A stretch of DNA of 47,996 bases from Malassezia furfur (Eukaryota): NCBI GenBank assembly GCA_052055015.1, contig JBQJIT010000033.1; one strand, written 5' to 3'. Made by a program: the position numbers and the translations under genes. Position 1 is the first letter of the stretch. Each line of letters starts with the position of its first letter. The notes under the pieces are model-generated. The model was not told the origin of the DNA. It searched no databases and saw nothing but the letters and a program-made list of their open reading frames with translations. Shown here in pieces: positions 39,757 through 47,996 of this stretch.

Positions 39757-41726
39757 ATGACGGTGAGCCATCGGAAGCCGCGGCCGACGCAGCCGAATCA
39801 GGACCGGACTGGTACGTGTAATCTGCTGAACATGCAGCTGCGGAGCCTGGCGTGCGCTACCACTGCGATGTGTGTGGTGCCGACATCACGCTAACCGTGC
39901 GCATTCGGTGCGCGGGTGGGTGCGAAGACTTTGACCTGTGCGGGACGTGCTTCTGTACGGGCGCCGAGGTCGGCAAGCACAAGGCATGGCATGACTACCG
40001 CGTGATTGAGCAGCACTCGCAGCCGATTTACTGCCCCGACTGGGGCGTCGACGAGGAGCTGCTGCTCATCGACGGGTGCCAGCTGTATGGCCTGGGCAAC
40101 TGGGCCGATATTGCGGACCATATCGGGAATCGGACCAAGGAGGAGGTCGAGCACCATTTCATCAGCGTGTACATCGAGGGCAAGAATGGCCTGCCGTCCG
40201 GCAACGCGCGTGCGGCCGAGGCGGTGACGGCCTGGCGCGAGGCGCACCCCGAGGCCGCCGATGCACCCGGGGAGGAGCCCCTGCCGATCGTGGGCCCCGA
40301 CCCCAACTTTGCCTACGATATTGCGCCGGAGGACTTTTTGCGCGAGCGACGCGAGCGCATTGAGCGGCTGCGCGAGACACAGGCCGCGTTTGTGCCGCCG
40401 AAGCCGAACGCCAAGCCGCTGGTGTCGGCGCCGACGACCCACAGCGAGCTCACCGGGTTCATGCCTGGGCGCCTCGAGTTTGAGCACGAGTTTGAGCAGG
40501 ACGCCGAGCACCTCGTGAAGGACATGGAGTTTGGGCGCGTGTATGCGTTTGGCGGTGATGCGATGCCGAACGAGTTTGACGCGCTTGGCGAGCAAGGCGC
40601 GACGCAGGGGCATGCGCGCATGGAGGCCAGCGGGCGCGGCGGCCCTGTGAACCAGCGCCCCAGCGAGGGGTCGGCGGACGAGAACGAGGACGAGTTTACC
40701 GATGCGCCCGAGGAGGCGGCGGCCGACGATGCTGCGTCGGCGGCGCCAGCGTCCAAAACGCACACCAAGGCCGAGGCCGAGGCACTGGGCACGGCGGCGG
40801 CGGATGAGGCCGAGACGGACGTGCCTGCAGATGCGGCGAATCCCAAGGCCGAGGGCGACACGGCCGGCGACAAGCCCGAGGGCGACAAGGATGCCGCCGA
40901 GACGACCGACGACCGTGCGCCCGACTGGGACGAGGACCCGCTGGACCTCGACCTGAAGCTGGCGGTGCTTGACATGTACAACGATGCACTGGACAAGCGT
41001 GGGCGCAAGAAGCGTTTCCTGTTTGAGCGCAACCTGGTCGACTACCGGCGGAACGTCGCCGCCGAGCGGCGGCGGCCGAAAGAGGAGCGCGACCTGCTGG
41101 CGCGCATCCGGCACTTTGCGACGCTGCAGACGGCGGCCGACTTTGAGGAACTGTACCATAATCTGTGCTACGAAGAGGCACTCAAAAAGACGGTGCACCA
41201 GCTGCAGCAGTACCGGCGCATGGGCCTCACGACCTTTGCCGAGGCCGCGCGCTACGACAAGGAGGCGGCCGAGCGCACCAAGCGGCAGCTCGAGGCCGCC
41301 GAGGGCACGCTGGCGCTCGGGGGTGCGCATGCGGGGCGTGTGCGGCACCGCGAGCGGAGTGTGTCGGCGCTGGACGACACCAAGGCGGACGATTTTTCGT
41401 TTGCGAATGCGCCCGGCATCCAGCTGCTGAGCGCGCAGGAGCAGCAGCTGTGCTCGCTGCTGCACATCCTGCCCGAGCCGTTCCTGGTGCTCAAGGCGGC
41501 GCTGCTCACGTACGCATACGCGCACCACAAGGCGCTCACGCTGACGCACTGCCAGGCGCTGTGCAACATTGCGCCGCGCAAGCTGAGCCGCGTGTACGAC
41601 TTTTTCGTGCAGCAGGGCTACGTGCACGCCGTGCTGGATGCGTGCGACTGGCGCAGCGAGCGCGCGGCGAAACGCGCGCGGCGCAGCGCCTCGTCCGGGA
41701 CGCCCGTATACCCCGCTGATACCTAG
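39757..41726 (+). CDS. ADA2: SAGA transcriptional adapter Ada2
   Basis: MTVSHRK exon + 26-nt intron 39812-39837; ZZ zinc finger, SANT (WGVDEELLL..GLGNWADIA), GFMPGRLEF and SWIRM. Confidence 0.95.
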
Positions 41727-41736
41727 ACTGTAGCGA

Positions 41737-44700
41737 CTACTTGTGCTCGGCCAAGAACGCGTACGCGTTCTCAAACATGCGGAACCACGGCCCGTGGCCG
41801 CGCCACTGCGCCGCCTCGGGCGGCGCGTAGCTCAGCGCGGTCGCCGCCGTGGCGCGCTCCGGGTGCGGCATGCAGACGAGCACGCGGCCGTTGAGCGCCG
41901 TGACGCCCGCAATGTTGCCCGTGCTGCCGTTTGGGTTGAGCGGGTAGCGCTTGTCGACGTAGCGCATCGCCACGAGCTGCTCCGCCTCGCACTGCTGGTG
42001 CAGCGCGTCCGAGTCGAACGCCGCGCGCCCCTCGCCGTGCGCGACCGGCACCGCGAGGCGCGAGCCGCCCATGCCCCGGAAGAAGATGCTGTTGGTCGTC
42101 TCCGGGATCTCGACTGGGAGCAGGCGCGCCTCGAAGCGCCCGCTCTCGTTCGGCGAGAAGGCCGGCCAGACGCGGCCCGCGCCCGGGATCAGGCCGTGGC
42201 GGCCGAGGTCCGAGAGCATCTGGCACCCGTTGCACACGCCGAGCGCAAACGTGTCGGGCCGCGCGAAGAACGCACGGAACTCGGCGTTGACGTCCTTGTT
42301 CATCAGCACCGTGCTCGCCCAGCCGCGCCCGGCACCCAGCACGTCGCCGTACGAGAAGCCGCCGCACGCCGCAATGCCGTGCACCGCCTCGAGGCGCACG
42401 CGGCCCGCGAGCAGGTCGGTCATGTGCACGTCGAGCACGGTGAAGCCCGCGCGCGCAAACGACCACGCCATCTCGACGTGCCCGTTGACGCCCTGCTCGC
42501 GCAGGATGGCGACGCGCGGCGCCGCGGCGAGCGGGCGCTCAATGTGCGCGTCGCGCACCGAGTCGCCGGGCGTGTAGGTCAGGCGGTACGTCAGCTCCGA
42601 CACGCCGCCGGGCGCCTCGTCGACCCACTGGCGCTCGAGGAGCGCCAGATCGGGGTTGTCGCGCAGCGCCTGCATCTCGTACGACGTCGCGGACCACGCG
42701 CGCTGCAGCTCGGCGCGCGTGCCGCTGTACAGCGTCGTGCCGTGCGACACGATCTCGACCTGCTCGTCGGCGTCGCGCACCGTGCCGACAACGTGCAGCG
42801 CCGAGGCGGGCAGCCCAAACGTCGTGAGCAGCGTCTCGACCGCCTTGACGTCCGGGCGGCGCACCTGCAGCACCGCGCCGAGCTCCTCGTTGAACAGCGC
42901 GGGGGTCGCCGGCGTGCCCGCCTTGTGCAGCGCCGACAGGTCGAGCGTCACACCGACGCGGCCCGCAAACGCCATCTCGAGCACGGTCACGAGCAGACCG
43001 CCGTCCGAGCGGTCGTGGTACGCGTGCACGAGGCCAGGCACGTCGCGCTTGCCGACCTGCAGCTGCTTGAGCGTCGCCATGCCGTTGAAGAAGGCGCGCA
43101 GCACATCGGCGCTCTCGACGTCCGGCGCCGCGTCGCCGAGCTGCTTGTACACCTGCGCAAGCGCCGAGCCGCCCAGGCGCTGCTGGCCCTGCGCCAGGTC
43201 CACAAACAGCAGCACCGAGTCGCGCGTCGGCAGGCGCTGCAGCTGCGGCGTCCACGTGTTGTGCACGTCGACCACGGGCGCAAACGCCGTGATGATCGGG
43301 CTCAGCGGCGCCGTCACCTCGCGCCGCTCGCCGTTCTCGTGCCAGGCCATGCCCATCGACATCGAGTCCTTCCCGACGGGGATCGCCAGGCCCAGCGCGG
43401 GGCAAAGGCCGAGACCCACGGCCTGCACGGCGTCGTACAGCGCCGCGCCGTCGTGCTCGTGCCACGACGCGCACATCCAGTTCGCGCTCAGCTTCACCTG
43501 CTCGAGCGCGTCGACGTGCGCCGCCGCGAGGTTCGTGAGCGACTCGGCGACCGCCATGCGCGCCGCCGCCGCACCGGACAGCAGCGCGAGCGGCGTGCGC
43601 TCGCCACTCGCGGTGGCGTCGCCCGTGCGCGACTCGTCAAAGCCGTACGACGTGCGCGTCACAGCGACGTCCGCGACGGGCACCTGCCACGGGCCGACCA
43701 TCTGGTCGCGCGCCACCAGGCCCGTGACGCTGCGGTCGCCGATCGTGATCAGGAACGCCTTGGACGCGACCGCGGGCAGGTGCAGCACGCGGTCGATCGC
43801 GTCGCGCAGACGGCCCGCGTCGTCGCCGTCGACGTACGACGCAAGCGTCGCGTCGAACGGCACAAGCGCGGGCTGCGCGTGCGTCGCGGTGCGCTCCATC
43901 TTGGGCGGCTTGTTGAAGAGCGTCGCCATGGGCAGGTCGATCGGCGTCGTGCCAAACAGGCGGTCGGTCAGCACGAGCTGCTGCTCGGCCGTGGCGTGGC
44001 CGACGACGGCAAACGGACACCGCTCGCGCTCGGCGAGCGCCTCGAAGCGCTCCAGGTTCGCCGGGCGCACCGCTAGCACGTAGCGCTCCTGGCTCTCGTT
44101 GCACCAGATCGCCGCGGGGCTCATGCTCTTGCTCCCGAGCGGGATGTCGCGCAGCTCAAAGCGCGCACCAAGGCCCGCGTCGTGCACCAGCTCGGGGAAC
44201 GCGTTGCTCAGACCGCCAGCACCCACGTCGTGGATGCTCACAATCGGGTTCTCCGCCGCGGAGCAGCACGCGTCGATCACCTGCTGGCACCGGCGCTCCA
44301 TCTCGGGGTTCTCGCGGCTGACGCTCACAAAGTCGAGCTTCGCACGGCCCGACTCGCCCGCGCCGCCCGTCACCTGCGACGACGACGTGCCGCCGCCCAG
44401 GCCGATCAGGTAGCCGGGGCCACCGAGCACGATGAGCGCATCGCCGGGCTCAATCTTGCCCTTGAACACGTACTGCGGACGCACCGTCCCGACGCCGCCC
44501 GCAAGCATAATCGGCTTGTGGTAGCCACGCAGCTCGGGGCCGTTGGCTCCGGGCACGCGCTCACAGAACGTGCGCCAGAAGCCGCCCAGCGCAGGGCGCC
44601 CAAACTCGTTGTTGAACGCCGCGGCTCCGATCGGCGCATCGCACATGATCTCGAGCGCAGACGCAATGTGGCTCGGCTTGCCCACGTCCTCCTCCCATGG

Positions 44701-45915
44701 CTGCACGAACCCGGGCACGAGCAGGTCCGACGTCATGAATCCGGCGAGGCCCGCCTTGGGCTTGGAGCCCTGACCGACGGCGCCCTCGTCGCGGATCTCA
44801 CCACCGGAGCCCGTCGCGGCACCGGGGTAGGGCGACACGGCGGTCGGGTGGTTGTGCGTCTCGACCTTGGCCAGAATCGGCATCTTCTCTGCGTGGCCAA
44901 CGTACACGTTCGGCACCGCCTCGTCGCCGAGCGGCGTCGCATCGGGCACCGGCAGATAGCGCACACCGACCGCGCCCTCAAACACCGCCGCATTGTCCGA
45001 GTACGCGCTCAGCGTGAACTGCGGCGTGACCTTGTGCGTGTTGCGGATCATGCCGAACAGCGAGTGCGGCATCACCGCGCCATCGATCGTCCACGTCGCG
45101 TTGAAAATCTTGTGCCTGCAGTGCTCCGAGTTCACCTGCGCAAACATGAACAGCTCCACGTCCGTCGGGTTGCGGTGCAGCGGCAGCTCGCCCGACGCGC
45201 CACGCACAAACGCATCCACCAGATACTCGATCTCGTCGGGCGACAGCGCCAAGCCGTACTTGGCATTGGCGCTCTCGAGGCGGTGCCGCGCGCTCTCCCA
45301 GTCCTCGCGGCAGTCGTTCAGCGCGCCCAGGTCGACCGTGTTGAGTGGCTGCGGTTCCGCACTCACGAACAGCGTCGCACAGCTCTCCGGCGATACGTTC
45401 CGCGCAACGGTCTGCGTCATGCGGTCGTGCACCACCGCCGCGAGCGCATCCACCTCGTCGTCGCTGATCGGCGTGCGCGTGCGGATCACCAGCGCGTAGC
45501 CGCGCTCGATGCGCTCCACATACTCGTCCAGGTGCGTGAGGTTGGCGATGTTGGTCGCCTTCGACGACCACGGCGACACAGTGCCCGCGCGCGGACCGAC
45601 GAACAGCACCGTCTCGAGCGGGTCGTGCTTCCCGTGCAGCGCATTGCGCAGGCACTGGACGGTGCCTTCGACCTCAACGTGGTCACCGTAGTTGAGCAGC
45701 TCGTCGAGGCGCTTGCTTACGTCGCTCGTGGGGTCCTGCAGCGTGCGCATGGCCGACTCGGACGTCGCCTGCACAAAGTGCAGGAACACGCCGTCCAAGC
45801 TCTCGACCTTCTCGTTCACGCTCTGGAGCTTGCGCAGCCCCTGACGCCGCTTCGCCTCGAGCGCCGTCGAGGGGCCCAGCAGCGTGAAGCAGTACAGCGG
45901 CTCCGTGCAGGCCAT
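41737..45915 (-). CDS. ADE6: Phosphoribosylformylglycinamidine synthase
   Basis: MFAQVNSEHCRHKIF, KVETHNHPT, GATGSGGEIRDE-like motif, CGGFSYGDVLG, GVCNGCQM, MPHPER. ATG placed at 45915. Confidence 0.96.
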   Translation of the reverse strand: MACTEPLYCFTLLGPSTALEAKRRQGLRKLQSVNEKVESLDGVFLHFVQATSESAMRTLQDPTSDVSKRLDELLNYGDHVEVEGTVQCLRNALHGKHDPLETVLFVGPRAGTVSPWSSKATNIANLTHLDEYVERIERGYALVIRTRTPISDDEVDALAAVVHDRMTQTVARNVSPESCATLFVSAEPQPLNTVDLGALNDCREDWESARHRLESANAKYGLALSPDEIEYLVDAFVRGASGELPLHRNPTDVELFMFAQVNSEHCRHKIFNATWTIDGAVMPHSLFGMIRNTHKVTPQFTLSAYSDNAAVFEGAVGVRYLPVPDATPLGDEAVPNVYVGHAEKMPILAKVETHNHPTAVSPYPGAATGSGGEIRDEGAVGQGSKPKAGLAGFMTSDLLVPGFVQPWEEDVGKPSHIASALEIMCDAPIGAAAFNNEFGRPALGGFWRTFCERVPGANGPELRGYHKPIMLAGGVGTVRPQYVFKGKIEPGDALIVLGGPGYLIGLGGGTSSSQVTGGAGESGRAKLDFVSVSRENPEMERRCQQVIDACCSAAENPIVSIHDVGAGGLSNAFPELVHDAGLGARFELRDIPLGSKSMSPAAIWCNESQERYVLAVRPANLERFEALAERERCPFAVVGHATAEQQLVLTDRLFGTTPIDLPMATLFNKPPKMERTATHAQPALVPFDATLASYVDGDDAGRLRDAIDRVLHLPAVASKAFLITIGDRSVTGLVARDQMVGPWQVPVADVAVTRTSYGFDESRTGDATASGERTPLALLSGAAAARMAVAESLTNLAAAHVDALEQVKLSANWMCASWHEHDGAALYDAVQAVGLGLCPALGLAIPVGKDSMSMGMAWHENGERREVTAPLSPIITAFAPVVDVHNTWTPQLQRLPTRDSVLLFVDLAQGQQRLGGSALAQVYKQLGDAAPDVESADVLRAFFNGMATLKQLQVGKRDVPGLVHAYHDRSDGGLLVTVLEMAFAGRVGVTLDLSALHKAGTPATPALFNEELGAVLQVRRPDVKAVETLLTTFGLPASALHVVGTVRDADEQVEIVSHGTTLYSGTRAELQRAWSATSYEMQALRDNPDLALLERQWVDEAPGGVSELTYRLTYTPGDSVRDAHIERPLAAAPRVAILREQGVNGHVEMAWSFARAGFTVLDVHMTDLLAGRVRLEAVHGIAACGGFSYGDVLGAGRGWASTVLMNKDVNAEFRAFFARPDTFALGVCNGCQMLSDLGRHGLIPGAGRVWPAFSPNESGRFEARLLPVEIPETTNSIFFRGMGGSRLAVPVAHGEGRAAFDSDALHQQCEAEQLVAMRYVDKRYPLNPNGSTGNIAGVTALNGRVLVCMPHPERATAATALSYAPPEAAQWRGHGPWFRMFENAYAFLAEHK

Positions 45916-45920
45916 CGTCG

Positions 45921-45977
45921 TGACTCGCGAAAACGTGGTGGCTCTCGCCCGGATGCCGGTGCGGACATGCTGAGTCA
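45921..45977. promoter_or_regulatory. TGACTC (45921-45926) and TGAGTCA (45971-45977) Gcn4/Bas1-like sites in the ADE6/CWC24 promoter
   Basis: Two sites in a 91-bp divergent gap directly upstream of a purine biosynthesis gene. Confidence 0.5.
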
Positions 45978-46006
45978 GCGACGCCAAGCCTCCACCCGTT
46001 GCCACC

Positions 46007-46963
46007 ATGACCGACGTCGTGTTCAAGAAGAAGGCGCGCGGCGTGCGCGACGTGCGCAAGCGCACCGCGGAGGACGACGCAGAGGACGCAGCAGGCATCG
46101 CGCCGTCGGCGGTCGTCACCAAGAAGCGCCGCGACGCGCCCGCCACCGCCGACAACGCAGATGCACCACGCGCGCCCGACCGGTTCGGGCAGACGACCGT
46201 GCACGCGGCGGCGCACGCCACCCACACGCCCAGCCACGCCCATAACACGAACCGCGACGACGCCACGCGCAGCACCGAGTGGGATCTCGAGCAGGAGTTT
46301 GCGCGCGAGCTCGGCACGGCCGCCAAGCCCAGCAAGCCCGCAGCGACGAACGACGACGGAAAGTACCGCGGCATGGCCCACTACGCCAAGTATACCGAGG
46401 AGCGCGACAACGGCTCGTCGGCCAAGTTCCGCACCAAGGGGCCGATGCAGGCGCCCACCAACGTACGCACCATCACCGTCGTCGACTACCAGCCCGACAT
46501 CTGCAAGGACTACAAGGAGACCGGCTACTGTGGCTTTGGCGACACGTGCAAGTTCTTGCACGACCGCAGCGACTATCTCGCGGGCTGGCAGCTCGAGGGC
46601 AGCGACGAGGTCGCCGACGCGCGTGCCGGGACGTACGGCGCGGGGCTCGATGACGACGACGACGAGGAAGACGTGCCGTTTGCGTGCCTGATCTGCCGTA
46701 AGCCGTTTACGGACCCGGTCGTGACGCTGTGTGGGCACTACTTCTGCGCGTCGTGTGCCATCAAGCGTTTCGCCAAGACGCCCAAGTGCTTTGCGTGCGG
46801 CGCCAAGACGCACGGGCTGTTCAACTCGGCGACGAAAATCCTCGACCGCATGGCGAAGCGCAACGCGCGCCGCGCCGACGAACGGCGCGAGGCGCGCGTG
46901 CAGCACGGCCTCGACGACCCGAACGAGGTGCTGGATGGCGTGGTGATCGACGCCGAGGCGTAG
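46007..46963 (+). CDS. CWC24: Pre-mRNA splicing factor Cwc24 (RNF113)
   Basis: VDYQPDICKDYKETGYCGFGDTCKFLHDR CCCH finger + RING (PFACLICR..CGHYFC..C..CFAC). Confidence 0.95.
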   Translation: MTDVVFKKKARGVRDVRKRTAEDDAEDAAGIAPSAVVTKKRRDAPATADNADAPRAPDRFGQTTVHAAAHATHTPSHAHNTNRDDATRSTEWDLEQEFARELGTAAKPSKPAATNDDGKYRGMAHYAKYTEERDNGSSAKFRTKGPMQAPTNVRTITVVDYQPDICKDYKETGYCGFGDTCKFLHDRSDYLAGWQLEGSDEVADARAGTYGAGLDDDDDEEDVPFACLICRKPFTDPVVTLCGHYFCASCAIKRFAKTPKCFACGAKTHGLFNSATKILDRMAKRNARRADERREARVQHGLDDPNEVLDGVVIDAEA

Positions 46964-47011
46964 GACGCCTGACATACCCTATAGACAATGCACTCTGTAT
47001 TTTAGCGGGCC

Positions 47012-47996
47012 CTACTCGCGCATGCGCCGCTTGTACTCGGCGGGCGTCTCAATGTTGCGCCCGTGCGACCACATGCCGAGGCGCATCAGCTTGGCATACT
47101 CCTCGGCACGCTCGAGTGCGCGCCGGCCCGACTTGGCGTGCAGCAGCGTGCGCTGCAAAAACGTCGGCGCGCCGTAGGCGGCCCCCGCGTTGCGGTACAC
47201 GGTCGCGAGGCCCTTGCGCACCATCGCCAGCGACACATTGGTGCGCCCAAACACGTACGGCCAGCGGAACACGTACGGCGTCGCGACCAAGCGCTGGTAC
47301 TGGTCGATGTGGGCCACGTCGAGCCACACCGTCTTGCCCTCGACGAGCCGCTTGAGCTCCTCCTTGGCCTCGTCCGCAAACGGCTGTGCCTCGCGCCCAA
47401 AGTGCGCGGCCTCGGGCGCATCCGCGCCCGCCAGGCGCACCGATATGGTCTGGTTGCGCAGTGCCGCCTTGGACGTCGGCACGGGGTGCAGATAGTTGCG
47501 CAGCAGCGGCAGGCCGGGGGTATGGTAGAAGCGGAAGCCGTCCGCGTCGCCAACCGACGTCACGCGGCCCACGAGCGTGCGCCGCATCTTGAGCACACGC
47601 GGCGTGAGATCGTTGACCGTCGCATAGCGCCGCAAGTAGCGCACGTACAGCAGCCGCCCGCCCACGAGCGCCGCCCCCGTCGTGAGCGCCGCGCCGACGG
47701 GCGTCGAGATCGTCGCGAGCACGAGCCGCACCGGCGTCGGGAACGCATCCGCAGGCGCAGCCTCGTACGCGGCGTGCACGGGGTAGGTGGAGTCGTCGCG
47801 CTTCGCGCCGTCGTCGTACGTCCGCCGCGCAAACTGGCGCAGCCAGTCGTCGCCGGCGTCGCCACGCAGCTGCTCGATGCGCTGCTTGAGGCTCTCGGAG
47901 CGCGGCAGGCCAGACGGCGCCTCGGGCGCGCCGGGCGCAGCATGCTGTGAGGGCGGCGGCAGCTCCGAGCGCCGCGGCTTGCGTGGCCGCTCGGCA
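47012..47996 (-). CDS. LCL3: Lcl3 staphylococcal-nuclease-like endonuclease; 5' end unresolved (frame open to the window edge)
   Basis: GRVTSVGDADGFRFYHTPG, TISVRLAGADAPE, DQYQRLVA, GLATVY and ETPAEYKRR; TM helix upstream; no in-frame ATG before it. Confidence 0.85.
   Translation of the reverse strand, partial: AERPRKPRRSELPPPSQHAAPGAPEAPSGLPRSESLKQRIEQLRGDAGDDWLRQFARRTYDDGAKRDDSTYPVHAAYEAAPADAFPTPVRLVLATISTPVGAALTTGAALVGGRLLYVRYLRRYATVNDLTPRVLKMRRTLVGRVTSVGDADGFRFYHTPGLPLLRNYLHPVPTSKAALRNQTISVRLAGADAPEAAHFGREAQPFADEAKEELKRLVEGKTVWLDVAHIDQYQRLVATPYVFRWPYVFGRTNVSLAMVRKGLATVYRNAGAAYGAPTFLQRTLLHAKSGRRALERAEEYAKLMRLGMWSHGRNIETPAEYKRRMRE

Noticed and set aside
1..47996. tRNA, rRNA, CRISPR arrays or transposons
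   Set aside because: None recognised; intergenic gaps are mostly too short. Small snoRNAs cannot be excluded without an Infernal/Rfam scan.

Overview
Extremely compact, GC-rich fungal chromosome segment. Gene content, tiny intergenic gaps and tiny introns point to a Malassezia-like basidiomycete yeast (inference). It holds about 30 protein-coding genes, mostly housekeeping: RRP45, cyclin H, MLH1, YIP1, NSA2, ERCC1, P450 reductase, RNase H1, DBF4, eIF3c, ATP5, GWT1, ATP11, PP2C, RRN11-like, LSB6, PPR, MFS, SNAPC3-like, OST5, DHHC, 2x JEN1, Rab, U2AF1, ADA2, ADE6, CWC24 and LCL3. By hand I reconstructed 35 spliceosomal introns. 33 are only 21-26 nt, the floor and mode are 21 nt, none has a polypyrimidine tract, and 10 are stopless 3n introns hidden inside the supplied ORFs. 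Other highlights: a low-GC ~2.87 kb tandem duplication of a JEN1 carboxylate transporter (gene-conversion patches, frameshifted tail, DHHC pseudogene fragment, Mig1/CreA-like sites); a cyclin H tail stranded behind a TAA; a SNAPc subunit homologue; an LCL3 with no AUG (fusion or GUG start); and recurrent CTCCAC and CACGTG promoter motifs. No rRNA, tRNA, CRISPR or transposon was seen. All intron and family calls come from reading the sequence and recalling motifs; no searches were run.
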